A stretch of DNA of 64,000 nt, taken from IMG/VR virus record IMGVR_UViG_3300045988_176633. One strand, 5' to 3'. Each line of letters opens with the position of its first letter. Positions within the stretch are counted from its first letter, which is position 1. Source of the stretch: a virus. A program made the position numbers and the translations under genes. This document shows, piece by piece, positions 1-8,574 of the stretch. The notes under the pieces are model-generated. The model made no database searches, had not been told where the DNA came from, and saw only the letters and a program-made list of their open reading frames with translations.

Positions 1-72
1 TGTTTTCCGACTAGAAAATTGAATAAAATTCTCTAAAAGGTAAGCCTGTAATTCTTCATATAATTCTTTCAT
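1..72 (-). CDS. hypothetical protein, N-terminal fragment (ORF runs off the window start)
   Basis: ATG at 72..70, then open frame MKELYEELQAYLLENFIQFSSRKT down to base 1. Absent from the ORF track because it is truncated. Confidence 0.25.
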   Translation of the reverse strand, partial: MKELYEELQAYLLENFIQFSSRKT

Positions 73-90
73 ACGATTAAAAATTAAAAA

Positions 91-123
91 GGGTCCCAAG
101 TCCATTTTTGGACAACAGGACCC
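91..123 (-). terminator. rho-independent terminator-like hairpin downstream of 153..752
   Basis: Outer stem GGGTCC (91-96) / GGACCC (118-123) with inner stem GTCCA/TGGAC. T-runs on both flanks. Lies 30 nt past the stop codon. Confidence 0.6.
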
Positions 124-152
124 TTTTTCTATTTTATATTAGAATCTTATTT

Positions 153-752
153 TTATTCAGTGACTTCTTTCTGTTCCACATCAAAGTACTTTGAGATAAC
201 CTTGTCAACAACAGAAAAATAAGTACCAACTTTTTTCGCTACTTGATAACAAGACTCATTACTTGTCAACAATTCATCATAAGCCTTGCTAGATTTATCA
301 CCAAGTTTCTCCGGCTTTTCGCCTTTAGGCTTGTAAGTGAAGATTGTTTTTACACGAGGCTGTTTCTCTTTCTTCTGAGCTTTTTTAGCTTCACGTTCAG
401 CCTTTTTCTTAGCCTTTTCTTCTTCTTTTGCTTTCTTAGCGGCTTCTTTTTCAACACGCTTTTCTGCAGCTAACTCTTTTTTAGTCTTCTTCTTTTCACC
501 CGTTGGTTTTAGATCTGCTGCTTCTTCTGCGCTAATCTCTTCGACTTCACCAGCTTCTTCTTTTTCAGCGACAATAGCCTTTTCTTCTTCTTTTGCTTCT
601 TCAGCAGCTACTTCGACAACAGTACTTTCTCCTTCTTTCTTTTCAGATTCCATCTTGTCGATCATTTCCACTAACTCTTGTTTGGAATATTTTCCATAAT
701 CTTGGATTCCTAAACTCTCAGCTTTTCTACGCAATTCTAATAAAGATGCCAT
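153..752 (-). CDS. K/E-rich protein with N-terminal Rho_N/SAP-like HeH motif and C-terminal HTH-like segment
   Basis: LLELRRKAESLGIQDYGKYSKQELVEMI fits the Rho_N/SAP helix-extended-helix pattern. Long Lys/Glu linker. The C-terminal CYQVAKKVGTYFSVVDKVISKYF resembles the C-terminus of 766..1161. Confidence 0.55.
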   Translation of the reverse strand: MASLLELRRKAESLGIQDYGKYSKQELVEMIDKMESEKKEGESTVVEVAAEEAKEEEKAIVAEKEEAGEVEEISAEEAADLKPTGEKKKTKKELAAEKRVEKEAAKKAKEEEKAKKKAEREAKKAQKKEKQPRVKTIFTYKPKGEKPEKLGDKSSKAYDELLTSNESCYQVAKKVGTYFSVVDKVISKYFDVEQKEVTE

Positions 753-765
753 TTTCTTTTAATTT

Positions 766-1161
766 TTAATCGTTTAAAAACTCATTTATTTTACTTTGAA
801 TCTCTTCTTCAGTCTTATTTTCAATATACTTTTTATAAACTCGACGAACATTTGTATAAGAGTAACCTCCTATTTTTGCGATTTTATATAAAGTCCATTT
901 TTTATGGTCTCTATGTTTTAGAATCGTCTTGAAAATCTCCATAGATGCTACACCAGCTTTTGGAGCTGTACGCGCTTCTCTTGATTTTTTCTTTTTCTTG
1001 AAACAAGAAAATTTAACGATTATAACTGGCAAATACAATTTCTTTCTCTCTTCTTCTTCAACCAAGACTAGAAGTTCTTGTTTAGAATACTTCTTATAAT
1101 TCTTGATCTTTAAAGCACTTGCCTTTTTTCTTAGTTCGTCTAATTTAATTATTGCTTCCAT
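766..1161 (-). CDS. Rho_N/SAP-like HeH plus HTH-like protein, paralogue of 153..752
   Basis: LDELRKKASALKIKNYKKYSKQELLVLV carries the same HeH motif. C-terminal segment is TLYKIAKIGGYSYTNVRRVYKKYI. Confidence 0.55.
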   Translation of the reverse strand: MEAIIKLDELRKKASALKIKNYKKYSKQELLVLVEEEERKKLYLPVIIVKFSCFKKKKKSREARTAPKAGVASMEIFKTILKHRDHKKWTLYKIAKIGGYSYTNVRRVYKKYIENKTEEEIQSKINEFLND

Positions 1162-1183
1162 ATTCTTTTAATTTTGCTCTTTT

Positions 1184-1226
1184 ATTATGTCGTAAAGATA
1201 CAATGTTTGTATCTAGCGAGCAACAA
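1184..1226 (-). promoter_or_regulatory. conserved bipartite promoter-like motif, copy A
   Basis: Minus strand reads TTGTTGCTCG-N16-TATCTTTACGACATAAT and ends 22 nt before the ATG at 1161. Copies B (6070..6112) and C (60969..61011) have the same architecture and the same 16-nt spacer. Confidence 0.5.
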
Positions 1227-1259
1227 AATCAAAGAAGAAAACAATAAAAATCTACTAAT

Positions 1260-1841
1260 TTAAGACTTTTTAAGTTTACAATCTTTCATAAGGATTTTCT
1301 TAATGAACTTAACTCTGTCAGTAACAGAGCAATTAGGAATGATTGTGTAATCAACAAGACTGTGATAGAGGATATTTTGTATTTCAAGATCCCAGTGTTT
1401 TCTACGTTCTTCATCAAAGAGCCTTTCTCCATCATCGACAGAATCCCAGTAAATTGGGAAGTAAAATATCTTACCTATTCTATCAATATTTTGAGCCAAT
1501 ATCCTTCTCTCACGATTCAATTCAGTCTTTACATTGATGTTCTGATCAAAAGTTCTTGTCATTGTAAAGACATCTATAATAGATCGATCAGATAAACATT
1601 TTGACATATCTAAGACTTTCACGTATTCGTCGAAAATCAATCCTTGATTTTTAATTGATTGAAAATTTCGATCGACACTTATCTTATCTTCCCGTATCAA
1701 TTTACGTGAAATAGATTCTTGAATACTCCATCCTTCGAAAATAGGGTCTTGTTTGAGTACATCAAACACACTTGTTTTCCCTACACAACAAGACCCTAAA
1801 AGAGTTACTTTATCTATTGTCTCCAGAACCATGGATAACAT
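1260..1841 (-). CDS. P-loop NTPase, AAA_28/NadR-type nucleoside or nucleotide kinase-like
   Basis: Walker-A-like GSCCVGKTS near the N-terminus. C-terminal FYFPIYWDSVDDGERLFDEERR pattern is typical of NadR-type kinases. Start is uncertain: it overlaps the upstream stop by 32 nt, and an alternative ATG lies at 1832. Confidence 0.5.
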   Translation of the reverse strand: MLSMVLETIDKVTLLGSCCVGKTSVFDVLKQDPIFEGWSIQESISRKLIREDKISVDRNFQSIKNQGLIFDEYVKVLDMSKCLSDRSIIDVFTMTRTFDQNINVKTELNRERRILAQNIDRIGKIFYFPIYWDSVDDGERLFDEERRKHWDLEIQNILYHSLVDYTIIPNCSVTDRVKFIKKILMKDCKLKKS

Positions 1842-2346
1842 TTCTTTGTTTACGAGAAGCTAACTTCTCAATGTTTTGTTGACCTTGTTGATTCATCGTT
1901 AAATCAAATACTTGATCGTTTATATCAACCATTATTTGCATAACCTCATTCCATGCACTTTGAATTTTCTCTTTTCTCTCTTCAGAAAGGGAAATCTCTT
2001 GATCTTCTTTCCAATCGTCCCTCAAATATTTTTTAATCTGTTCTGCAATCTTTCCTACTGAAGACGGCAAATCAAAAGGACCAACTTCTTTATCACTAGG
2101 CTTAGGCCAATCAGTAATTTCTTTTAAACTAAATTCAATACGAATAGCAGCTAAATACCACAGAATATCTTGAAACTCAGCTACAGTCGATTGATCATCT
2201 GCTTCTTGTTTTAACTTCTCATAGAATTCACCTAATTCTCCACACAAACCCAATGTAACATAAGGTAAAGCTACCTTATCAGAATAACACTTAGTCGTGA
2301 TAGCAAGTGCTTCATAAGAAGCATAATTAATTACTTTACTTTCCAT
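1810..2346 (-). CDS. MazG-like nucleoside triphosphate pyrophosphohydrolase
   Basis: LGLCGELGEFYEKLKQ and DILWYLAAIRIEF fit the all-helical MazG-type metal-binding signature. 178 aa. Confidence 0.6.
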   Translation of the reverse strand: MESKVINYASYEALAITTKCYSDKVALPYVTLGLCGELGEFYEKLKQEADDQSTVAEFQDILWYLAAIRIEFSLKEITDWPKPSDKEVGPFDLPSSVGKIAEQIKKYLRDDWKEDQEISLSEERKEKIQSAWNEVMQIMVDINDQVFDLTMNQQGQQNIEKLASRKQRNVIHGSGDNR

Positions 2347-2351
2347 ATGTT

Positions 2352-3149
2352 TTAAAACTTATTTTGAATTTGATTCATTTCATTATTTCCCTCACAAGAC
2401 TTGGTTGCAACCAATTTACAAAAATTAATAAATTCTTCTTGTGTCAATGTTGATTTCATAATATTTATACTTTTATGAACCCATTGAACGTTTCCTTCTA
2501 CATATCCTTTAAAAGAGTCGATTCTATCTAACGAAATAGTTGTCTCTAAACGACCTCTCTTGGAACCCAAACCATAATTCGAAACACATAAATCTATTCC
2601 CGATAAAGCACATTTCATATCTTGTTTCTCAAGTAGATCAGCTAAATATTCATCAGAAACAGACCATTCTAAATTTCTGGCTTCTGCTCCTTCTCGAGCT
2701 CTTCTAATAACTGAAGCATTCAAACATCCAATTTTCCGACTTCCTCTTCCTATTCTACAATCTTTACAACAAGTGCTTCGTTTGTTAGTTAAGAAAGTTA
2801 TTCTAACGTAACTCTCTTCTCCACAGTCACACTTAACTCTATAAGACCTTTCTTTATCAGAAGAAAGAAATTTGAAATCATTTACATCAACAATAGTCCA
2901 ATGTCCAAATCTCATACCATTTTCAACTTTTGTCCAATGTTTCGGTTTTTGCTTTCTTTCTGCGACAACAGATCCATACCTACACTTTAGACATTGTTTA
3001 GATGTACCTGTTTTCAGATCATAAAATCGCTTCGTCACAATTTCACCACATTCACACTGGACAACAATTCTACCACCTTTAATTACTTCTATTATGGTCC
3101 ACTTGCCATACTTATCTCCAACTTTAGGATAAATTGTTTCTAATTTCAT
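2352..3149 (-). CDS. HNH homing endonuclease with duplicated N-terminal zinc-ribbon modules
   Basis: C-terminal LSLDRIDSFKGYVEGNVQWVHKSINIMK is an HNH(N) core. There are two G(K/H)WTI(I/V)...C(E/D)CG...C..C modules. The gene is inserted between folE and the MazG-like gene. Confidence 0.7.
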   Translation of the reverse strand: MKLETIYPKVGDKYGKWTIIEVIKGGRIVVQCECGEIVTKRFYDLKTGTSKQCLKCRYGSVVAERKQKPKHWTKVENGMRFGHWTIVDVNDFKFLSSDKERSYRVKCDCGEESYVRITFLTNKRSTCCKDCRIGRGSRKIGCLNASVIRRAREGAEARNLEWSVSDEYLADLLEKQDMKCALSGIDLCVSNYGLGSKRGRLETTISLDRIDSFKGYVEGNVQWVHKSINIMKSTLTQEEFINFCKLVATKSCEGNNEMNQIQNKF

Positions 3150-3766
3150 TTGAGATTAACAATCATGTCAAAAAATTCTTTTCTAGATCCTATTTCATTA
3201 GTCTTAAAATAACCACTACAATAAGACGTCTGCATCGTTGAATCTTGCTCAATCCCACGTAATTTAACACACATATGATCTGCTTTAATAAAGACGATCA
3301 CACCCTGATTGTCGGGAATTATATCGTTAATATAGTCGTGAATTTGTTTCGTTAAGAATTCTTGAGTCTGAGGTCTCTTCGAAAGAAAATCCACAATTCG
3401 ATTCAACTTAGATAAACCAATGATATTCCCATCTTTTTTAGGAATATAAGCAACATGACAAACTCCAACTATACTTGCAAAATGATGTGCACACAAACTG
3501 TGTACCGGAATATTTCCTTGGAACACAATACCGTCATATTGGGATTCATTCGGGAAAACCGTGATCTTTGGTGGTTCTGAGTAAGCACCTGATGTCACTT
3601 CGTTTACATACATCTTTGCCACACGATAAGGAGTCTTCTTCATATTAGGATCATTTTCCCAATCATAACCTAAGGCCCTTAGAAAATTACCGAAGGCAAA
3701 CTCGGCATTTTCTAACATTTGTTTTCTTTGACTTTCAGTCAAAACTTTATTTTCTCCTGCTTTCAT
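3146..3766 (-). CDS. folE: GTP cyclohydrolase I
   Basis: LCAHHFASIVGVCHVAYIPKKDGNIIGLSKLNRIVDFLSKRPQTQE matches the C(E/A)HH...H(I/V)AYIP...GLSK core of FolE. Confidence 0.9.
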   Translation of the reverse strand: MKAGENKVLTESQRKQMLENAEFAFGNFLRALGYDWENDPNMKKTPYRVAKMYVNEVTSGAYSEPPKITVFPNESQYDGIVFQGNIPVHSLCAHHFASIVGVCHVAYIPKKDGNIIGLSKLNRIVDFLSKRPQTQEFLTKQIHDYINDIIPDNQGVIVFIKADHMCVKLRGIEQDSTMQTSYCSGYFKTNEIGSRKEFFDMIVNLK

Positions 3767-3769
3767 ATT

Positions 3770-4573
3770 TTACGCTTCTCTTTTATTACCATATGCTAAT
3801 ATCTGTAGACGATCTGAATAGTTAAAACCACGTTTTAAACATTCTTCCATCAACCAAACTCTTTTCTCAGAAATCTGTTCAGGTGTTACACCTTCTGGCA
3901 TTAGATAGACTTGTGATCGAATAAACATAGCAAGCTTATCTTCGTCTTGATTATATAGTTCATCTCGAATCTTTAAAAGTTGTCCTTCTATCTCCTCTAA
4001 ATCCTTTTCAGATCCAACAACATATTTTAATTGAAAATCTCTAGCATAAATAATCCAATCCACAATATTAGAGATGTTCTCTCTTTCTTTGATATGCTTC
4101 TTTTCAATTTCTTTAGAATATTTCATTCCAAATTTTTCCATTTTCTCTTGAGTTGGAATACTTGATTCTAACTTAGGAGAGATAGAAGCTAAATCAATAG
4201 ATTTCATCACTGAAGGAGGTACTTTAATTGATCCATTTGTCTCAATAGTGATTGAAATAGGATAATCGAAATCATCACTATTACTTGCAAATTCTTCTAC
4301 AAGGTCTAAATGAAGACAAGGCTCACCACCTGTAATCATCATGTGATTTATACCTAAATTATCTTCGCAGAACTCTTGTACATCTTGTAATGTATACTTT
4401 CCTTTTTCAGGATTAAAACTAGAATAAGGTGTGTCACAATAAGAATCTTTGAAAGCACAACGAAGATTACAACCACTTAAACGTACCAAAATATGTGGTA
4501 CACCAGCTAACTTACCTTCTCCTTGTAGACAAGTGTGTAAGTCAATGATCGGAAGAATTTTATTTTTGTCCAT
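3770..4573 (-). CDS. queE: 7-carboxy-7-deazaguanine synthase (radical SAM)
   Basis: Cluster region LSGCNLRCAFKDSYCDTPY and ITGGEPCLH motif. Flanked by queD and folE. Confidence 0.8.
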   Translation of the reverse strand: MDKNKILPIIDLHTCLQGEGKLAGVPHILVRLSGCNLRCAFKDSYCDTPYSSFNPEKGKYTLQDVQEFCEDNLGINHMMITGGEPCLHLDLVEEFASNSDDFDYPISITIETNGSIKVPPSVMKSIDLASISPKLESSIPTQEKMEKFGMKYSKEIEKKHIKERENISNIVDWIIYARDFQLKYVVGSEKDLEEIEGQLLKIRDELYNQDEDKLAMFIRSQVYLMPEGVTPEQISEKRVWLMEECLKRGFNYSDRLQILAYGNKREA

Positions 4574-5177
4574 TTTTAACTTGAAGATTTACTGAAGGAT
4601 TTTTAAAGAAAAAAGAATCTGATTCGTATTTGTTATTGAATATGAATGAATAAAGATCGTTGTCCCAATCAGACCAAACACCTTTTGAAACAGAAAAATT
4701 CAAAAGATTTGCAATCTCAGAGTTATTAACTAAATCTTCTTCAAAACAAGTAGCAGATCCTGTAGTCGTCTCGTGATACTTAACAGAATAAACTTTAATT
4801 CTCGATTCTCCATTTTTAAATTCCGTGTGATCTATAATCTCTTGAATCCAATAGAAGAAAAACATAGATAAACATTCTGCACTAGGATTGACTCCTAACT
4901 CAATCCAACGAGCGTTTTCACTTTTAATAAAATCACGATAATCTTTTTTATCCTTATTCCAAAGAACGTGACAATGATCAAAAGAATCGATGAATTGTTT
5001 AATACTACCTTTCATCAGACCGAAATCCATCAACATACCACCATTATCCAATTTATCGGCTGTAATTGACACTTCGAGTTTGAAACTATGTCCGTGTATC
5101 GAATGACTACATCTAATAGATGTACAATTTCGAACTATGTGAGACATCTCACCTGTGAAAATTTTTGTAACAATCAT
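4560..5177 (-). CDS. queD: 6-carboxy-5,6,7,8-tetrahydropterin synthase
   Basis: CSHSIHGHSFKLEV carries the Cx3HGH motif of QueD/PTPS. 205 aa. Confidence 0.8.
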   Translation of the reverse strand: MIVTKIFTGEMSHIVRNCTSIRCSHSIHGHSFKLEVSITADKLDNGGMLMDFGLMKGSIKQFIDSFDHCHVLWNKDKKDYRDFIKSENARWIELGVNPSAECLSMFFFYWIQEIIDHTEFKNGESRIKVYSVKYHETTTGSATCFEEDLVNNSEIANLLNFSVSKGVWSDWDNDLYSFIFNNKYESDSFFFKNPSVNLQVKNGQK

Positions 5178-5209
5178 AAAGTATCTCTTTTTAAATATGT
5201 CTAAAGATA

Positions 5210-5701
5210 CTACTTATCTACCATTTCTTTAGCGAAGATGGCCACTAGTTTTAAGTTAGTTACGTACACATATGGTAGTGTTATGTCTTCCCCTTTAACA
5301 TTTAAAATGATTGAATCCTCATCTGGTATATTTGTCTTTACTTTGTAAACCTCTTTCTTATAAGAGACCATATTCCCAGCATGAAATAGATAGAATTTAT
5401 CCCAATAAGATATTGAAATATTTTTTTCTTGATTTGTTCCATATTGGAAGTTCGGCATCCCATATTCTTGGGAAAAACATTGTACAAAAAATTGATGGAA
5501 GGCTTTTTTCGAATCAAAGATTGAGATCATATGAAACTTTTTTGCCAAGTTTATGATCTTTTCTTTTTTCTTTTCAGCGATATCTCGATTCATTTTAATG
5601 AATTCAGGACGCTCATAAATTAATTCTCGTGTTTTAAACGAAAAATACTCCAATTGAAGGACTTGTAAAAATTCTGTTATGCTTAAATCTCTACTTTTCA
5701 T
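5210..5701 (-). CDS. hypothetical protein
   Basis: 163-aa ORF co-oriented with its neighbours. No recognisable motif. Confidence 0.6.
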   Translation of the reverse strand: MKSRDLSITEFLQVLQLEYFSFKTRELIYERPEFIKMNRDIAEKKKEKIINLAKKFHMISIFDSKKAFHQFFVQCFSQEYGMPNFQYGTNQEKNISISYWDKFYLFHAGNMVSYKKEVYKVKTNIPDEDSIILNVKGEDITLPYVYVTNLKLVAIFAKEMVDK

Positions 5702-5710
5702 AATAACAAA

Positions 5711-5751
5711 TTTGGAGTTGTAAATCTACAAAATAAAACTACAACTCCAAA
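5711..5751 (-). terminator. rho-independent terminator hairpin (perfect 12-bp stem)
   Basis: TTTGGAGTTGTA (5711-5722) pairs with TACAACTCCAAA (5740-5751) around a 17-nt loop. T-rich on both sides. Lies between the stop of 5763..6053 and the start of 5210..5701. Confidence 0.7.
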
Positions 5752-5762
5752 TTTTTACACTT

Positions 5763-6053
5763 TCAATTTGCAAATTTTCTAAATTCCTTAACAGCTTCTA
5801 AATAATCAACCTTTTCGCTCCAAGTCCAATTTCCATAAATATCATTCATCAATCTCTTTATCATTCTTATTACCGCTGCTTTAGCGTAATTAATCTTCTT
5901 ATTCATCTCTAAGAATTGCTCCAACACTTCGTAATTATAATGACCTTCTTCATCAAATAATTTCTCATCCAATTCATTCCTTATATCTTTTAAAGAAGAA
6001 ACTTCATTCATCTTTTCGAATATTGCTGTTCTTTTATCTTCTCTTGTCTTCAT
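5763..6053 (-). CDS. hypothetical protein
   Basis: 96-aa ORF preceded by promoter-like motif copy B. Confidence 0.6.
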   Translation of the reverse strand: MKTREDKRTAIFEKMNEVSSLKDIRNELDEKLFDEEGHYNYEVLEQFLEMNKKINYAKAAVIRMIKRLMNDIYGNWTWSEKVDYLEAVKEFRKFAN

Positions 6054-6069
6054 TTTATTAGCTCTTTTA

Positions 6070-6112
6070 ATTATGACCTAAAGGTCAGACCTTTATTTCA
6101 ATGGAGCAACAG
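6070..6112 (-). promoter_or_regulatory. conserved bipartite promoter-like motif, copy B
   Basis: Minus strand reads CTGTTGCTCC-N16-GACCTTTAGGTCATAAT and ends 16 nt before the ATG at 6053. About 85 percent identical to copy C over ~49 nt. Confidence 0.5.
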
Positions 6113-6115
6113 ATC

Positions 6116-7123
6116 CTACAAAAATTTTTTCAATACTCTAAAATTAATAGGATCGATCAAATTATCAAGAGCATCTAACAATTCTTCACAAGTTGCATTT
6201 CCTGGGTCTTTGCTAGTATCTTTCAACAATGCTATCTTTGTCTCAAAAGATTTCTGTAAATTTAATGCAGAGCTTTTTATCTGATCAGGTTTATCTGGAT
6301 CGTACATCAATATGACTCGCTCAATCTTCTTCTTTTGTAAAAAAGAAATTTGCTCCTTACTTATACTGTTGCCAAATGTAAATACACACCTGATGCTTTC
6401 GTCTTCTCTAAGATTCAACTTAGAATCAAGACCAATATAATCAAAGAGACCTTCTACTATTATAACAACTTGTGTTTTCTCTGAAATATCATCGTAACCT
6501 CCTAATATCTTGGTAAAATCAGTCTTACTATTCTCATATCTTAATTTTGGTTTTATCCCCTTTTCTTTCGCTTTTTTCAAATTCATCTCATGCCATTCTT
6601 TAGAATGACGACTACGAGCTAACCAAGCGATTGTCTTACCATTCATCTTCATCTTGAAAATGATATAATTCTTTAATTCTCTTTCTAAAGGGGATTCGGT
6701 AAATGATGGTTCAAATTCATCATAATGAAACTGTTTAAAACCTCTAGAATTTAGATATTCATCATCTACTAATCTTTGTAACTTAAATGGTAATGAAACA
6801 GCTTTAAACACTATATCATCCTCTTTTTCATCTTCCTTTTCAGGAACCAATTCGACTAGGGAAGATTTAATACTATTTTCATAGTGATTTCTTATTAAAT
6901 CTAATCTATCAATCTGCTTTAAAAATTCAAAAGCACTTGACTTTTTACCACATTTAAAACAGTGAAATATAAAAGAAGTGTTGTTATCGCTAAATACAAT
7001 TCCCCACTTCTTTTCACCTTTGCAGAAAGGACATGCGTTATTCTTGTCCTGAAAAAATCCTCTAGCTCCAAATGGAGTTAGATTTAATTCAGAGATAATC
7101 TCATTCCTATCGATCCTAATCAT
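6116..7123 (-). CDS. DNA primase (zinc finger plus Toprim, DnaG-like)
   Basis: Zinc finger CPFCKGEKKWG...HCFKCGKK. Toprim-like VVIIVEGLFDYIGL and ILMYDPDKPD. 4-nt overlap with the helicase stop. Confidence 0.7.
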   Translation of the reverse strand: MIRIDRNEIISELNLTPFGARGFFQDKNNACPFCKGEKKWGIVFSDNNTSFIFHCFKCGKKSSAFEFLKQIDRLDLIRNHYENSIKSSLVELVPEKEDEKEDDIVFKAVSLPFKLQRLVDDEYLNSRGFKQFHYDEFEPSFTESPLERELKNYIIFKMKMNGKTIAWLARSRHSKEWHEMNLKKAKEKGIKPKLRYENSKTDFTKILGGYDDISEKTQVVIIVEGLFDYIGLDSKLNLREDESIRCVFTFGNSISKEQISFLQKKKIERVILMYDPDKPDQIKSSALNLQKSFETKIALLKDTSKDPGNATCEELLDALDNLIDPINFRVLKKFL

Positions 7124-8574
7124 ATCACAGTGACTTCTTGAGTTTCTTTCTTCTTACCCTTACGTAGTTTATCCTTTCTCTCAGGTTTATCGGCAGTCGT
7201 TGATATAACTTCGGAACTATCATTGTATAAAGCCATAGTACGCTTACGATTATAGAACCTACCACGACCATAATCAGTAGCGATAGAAAAGATTTCTTGA
7301 CTACTCTTGTAATCACGAAGTTTGTCAACAAAGATCCTACATTTCTCATCTTTCTTCTCTTGCATTGTAATATTTCCAGTAAATACAAATGAATAAGGCT
7401 TCACAAGAGTTCTATCACCTTCAGTATTAGAACGGTCTATATGTTTCATTTCATTATTCCAGACATCCATAGGTACATCACCTGTTTGTGTAGCTGTTAT
7501 ACCAACCATTTTAAATTCGACACAAATATCTTTAAATAATTGTGAACATTTCTGTAATCTAAACTTAGTAAATTCTGGATCATTGTCTATCTTCTTGTTT
7601 ACACCAGTCATTAGAAGATCTAACGAATCGACGATCAATAGTTGTGGAAAATGACCATATACTTTTTGATATTCGATACATAGATTTCGAATATCAACCA
7701 TTGATGCTTGACCGAATTTTTCAAATCCATAGATATCAATATCTTGACCAAAAGATTTCATATCTCTTAAAGTTTTCATGATCTGTTTTTCATCTTCTTG
7801 TTTTAAAAGACCTTTTTTGATGTCTATGTAACTTTGATTTGTCCACATTTGATCGTATTTGTCTGTACAAGCATCAACACCACCTTCTAATTGTATGTGT
7901 AGCACTGAAATGCTTTCAAGTGCTGCTGCATATCCATGCCATTTTAATACGGTTGATTTTCCAACACCAGATCTCATAATCCACAATACCGTATCTCCTG
8001 GATCTGCGCCACCATAACTAATATCATCAAGACGATCAATTCCCAAAGAAACTTTATTTTGGACTTTAGCGAGCTTATTTTCATCATATCTCTTTTTCAT
8101 CCTTTCTTGAAATCCTTCAAATACTCGAATAAATTTTCCACCAGTCTTTCGAAGTGATATTTCTAATATTCTTTTACTTTCTTCTGCATTGACTTTAATC
8201 GCTTCATCTCTTTTACCTTCTTCGTATAAATCATGAACCTTTTTACTAAGAAGTTCAAACTCAGTCTCGCGAATAAAAGATTCTAGTTGATCAATAATTA
8301 ATTCTTTGTCAACTAAACGAGCCTTTTTAATTTCTTTGATTGATTCTTGAACAGAATCATTATCAGCATATTTCTGAGCAATAACTCCCAAAGAAGGTGT
8401 TACTTCTTTCCCAATGAATTGTTCGACAGCTTCTTTCAATAGAAACTTATAACCGACCCACTCTTTAGGAATTAATTGATAAGTCATATGACCCGAAACC
8501 ATTCTCATGATATTCCCATCAATGAACATCAATTTGAATAACTCTGCCATAAAATTTTCATTCAACTTTCTCAT
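7120..8574 (-). CDS. replicative DNA helicase (DnaB/RecA-fold family)
   Basis: Walker A RSGVGKST and Walker B LLIVDSLDLL. 484 aa. Adjacent to the primase. Confidence 0.7.
   Translation of the reverse strand: MRKLNENFMAELFKLMFIDGNIMRMVSGHMTYQLIPKEWVGYKFLLKEAVEQFIGKEVTPSLGVIAQKYADNDSVQESIKEIKKARLVDKELIIDQLESFIRETEFELLSKKVHDLYEEGKRDEAIKVNAEESKRILEISLRKTGGKFIRVFEGFQERMKKRYDENKLAKVQNKVSLGIDRLDDISYGGADPGDTVLWIMRSGVGKSTVLKWHGYAAALESISVLHIQLEGGVDACTDKYDQMWTNQSYIDIKKGLLKQEDEKQIMKTLRDMKSFGQDIDIYGFEKFGQASMVDIRNLCIEYQKVYGHFPQLLIVDSLDLLMTGVNKKIDNDPEFTKFRLQKCSQLFKDICVEFKMVGITATQTGDVPMDVWNNEMKHIDRSNTEGDRTLVKPYSFVFTGNITMQEKKDEKCRIFVDKLRDYKSSQEIFSIATDYGRGRFYNRKRTMALYNDSSEVISTTADKPERKDKLRKGKKKETQEVTVI

Noticed and set aside
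243-473. Plus-strand ORFs throughout the window (for example 243..473, 1343..1595, 5311..5556, 12865..13158, 15967..16335, 26597..26950, 42141..42491, 44467..44995, 47467..47730, 61163..62056)
   Set aside because: All lie antisense to longer, motif-supported minus-strand genes. Their products are low-complexity F/L/S-rich, as expected for antisense of K/E-rich AT-rich coding sequence.
7125-7388. Same-strand nested ORFs (7125..7388, 15818..16093, 32617..32832, 34341..34526, 41274..41462, 49483..49707, 51818..52087)
   Set aside because: They are out-of-frame ORFs wholly inside well-supported larger genes, and nothing suggests overprinting.
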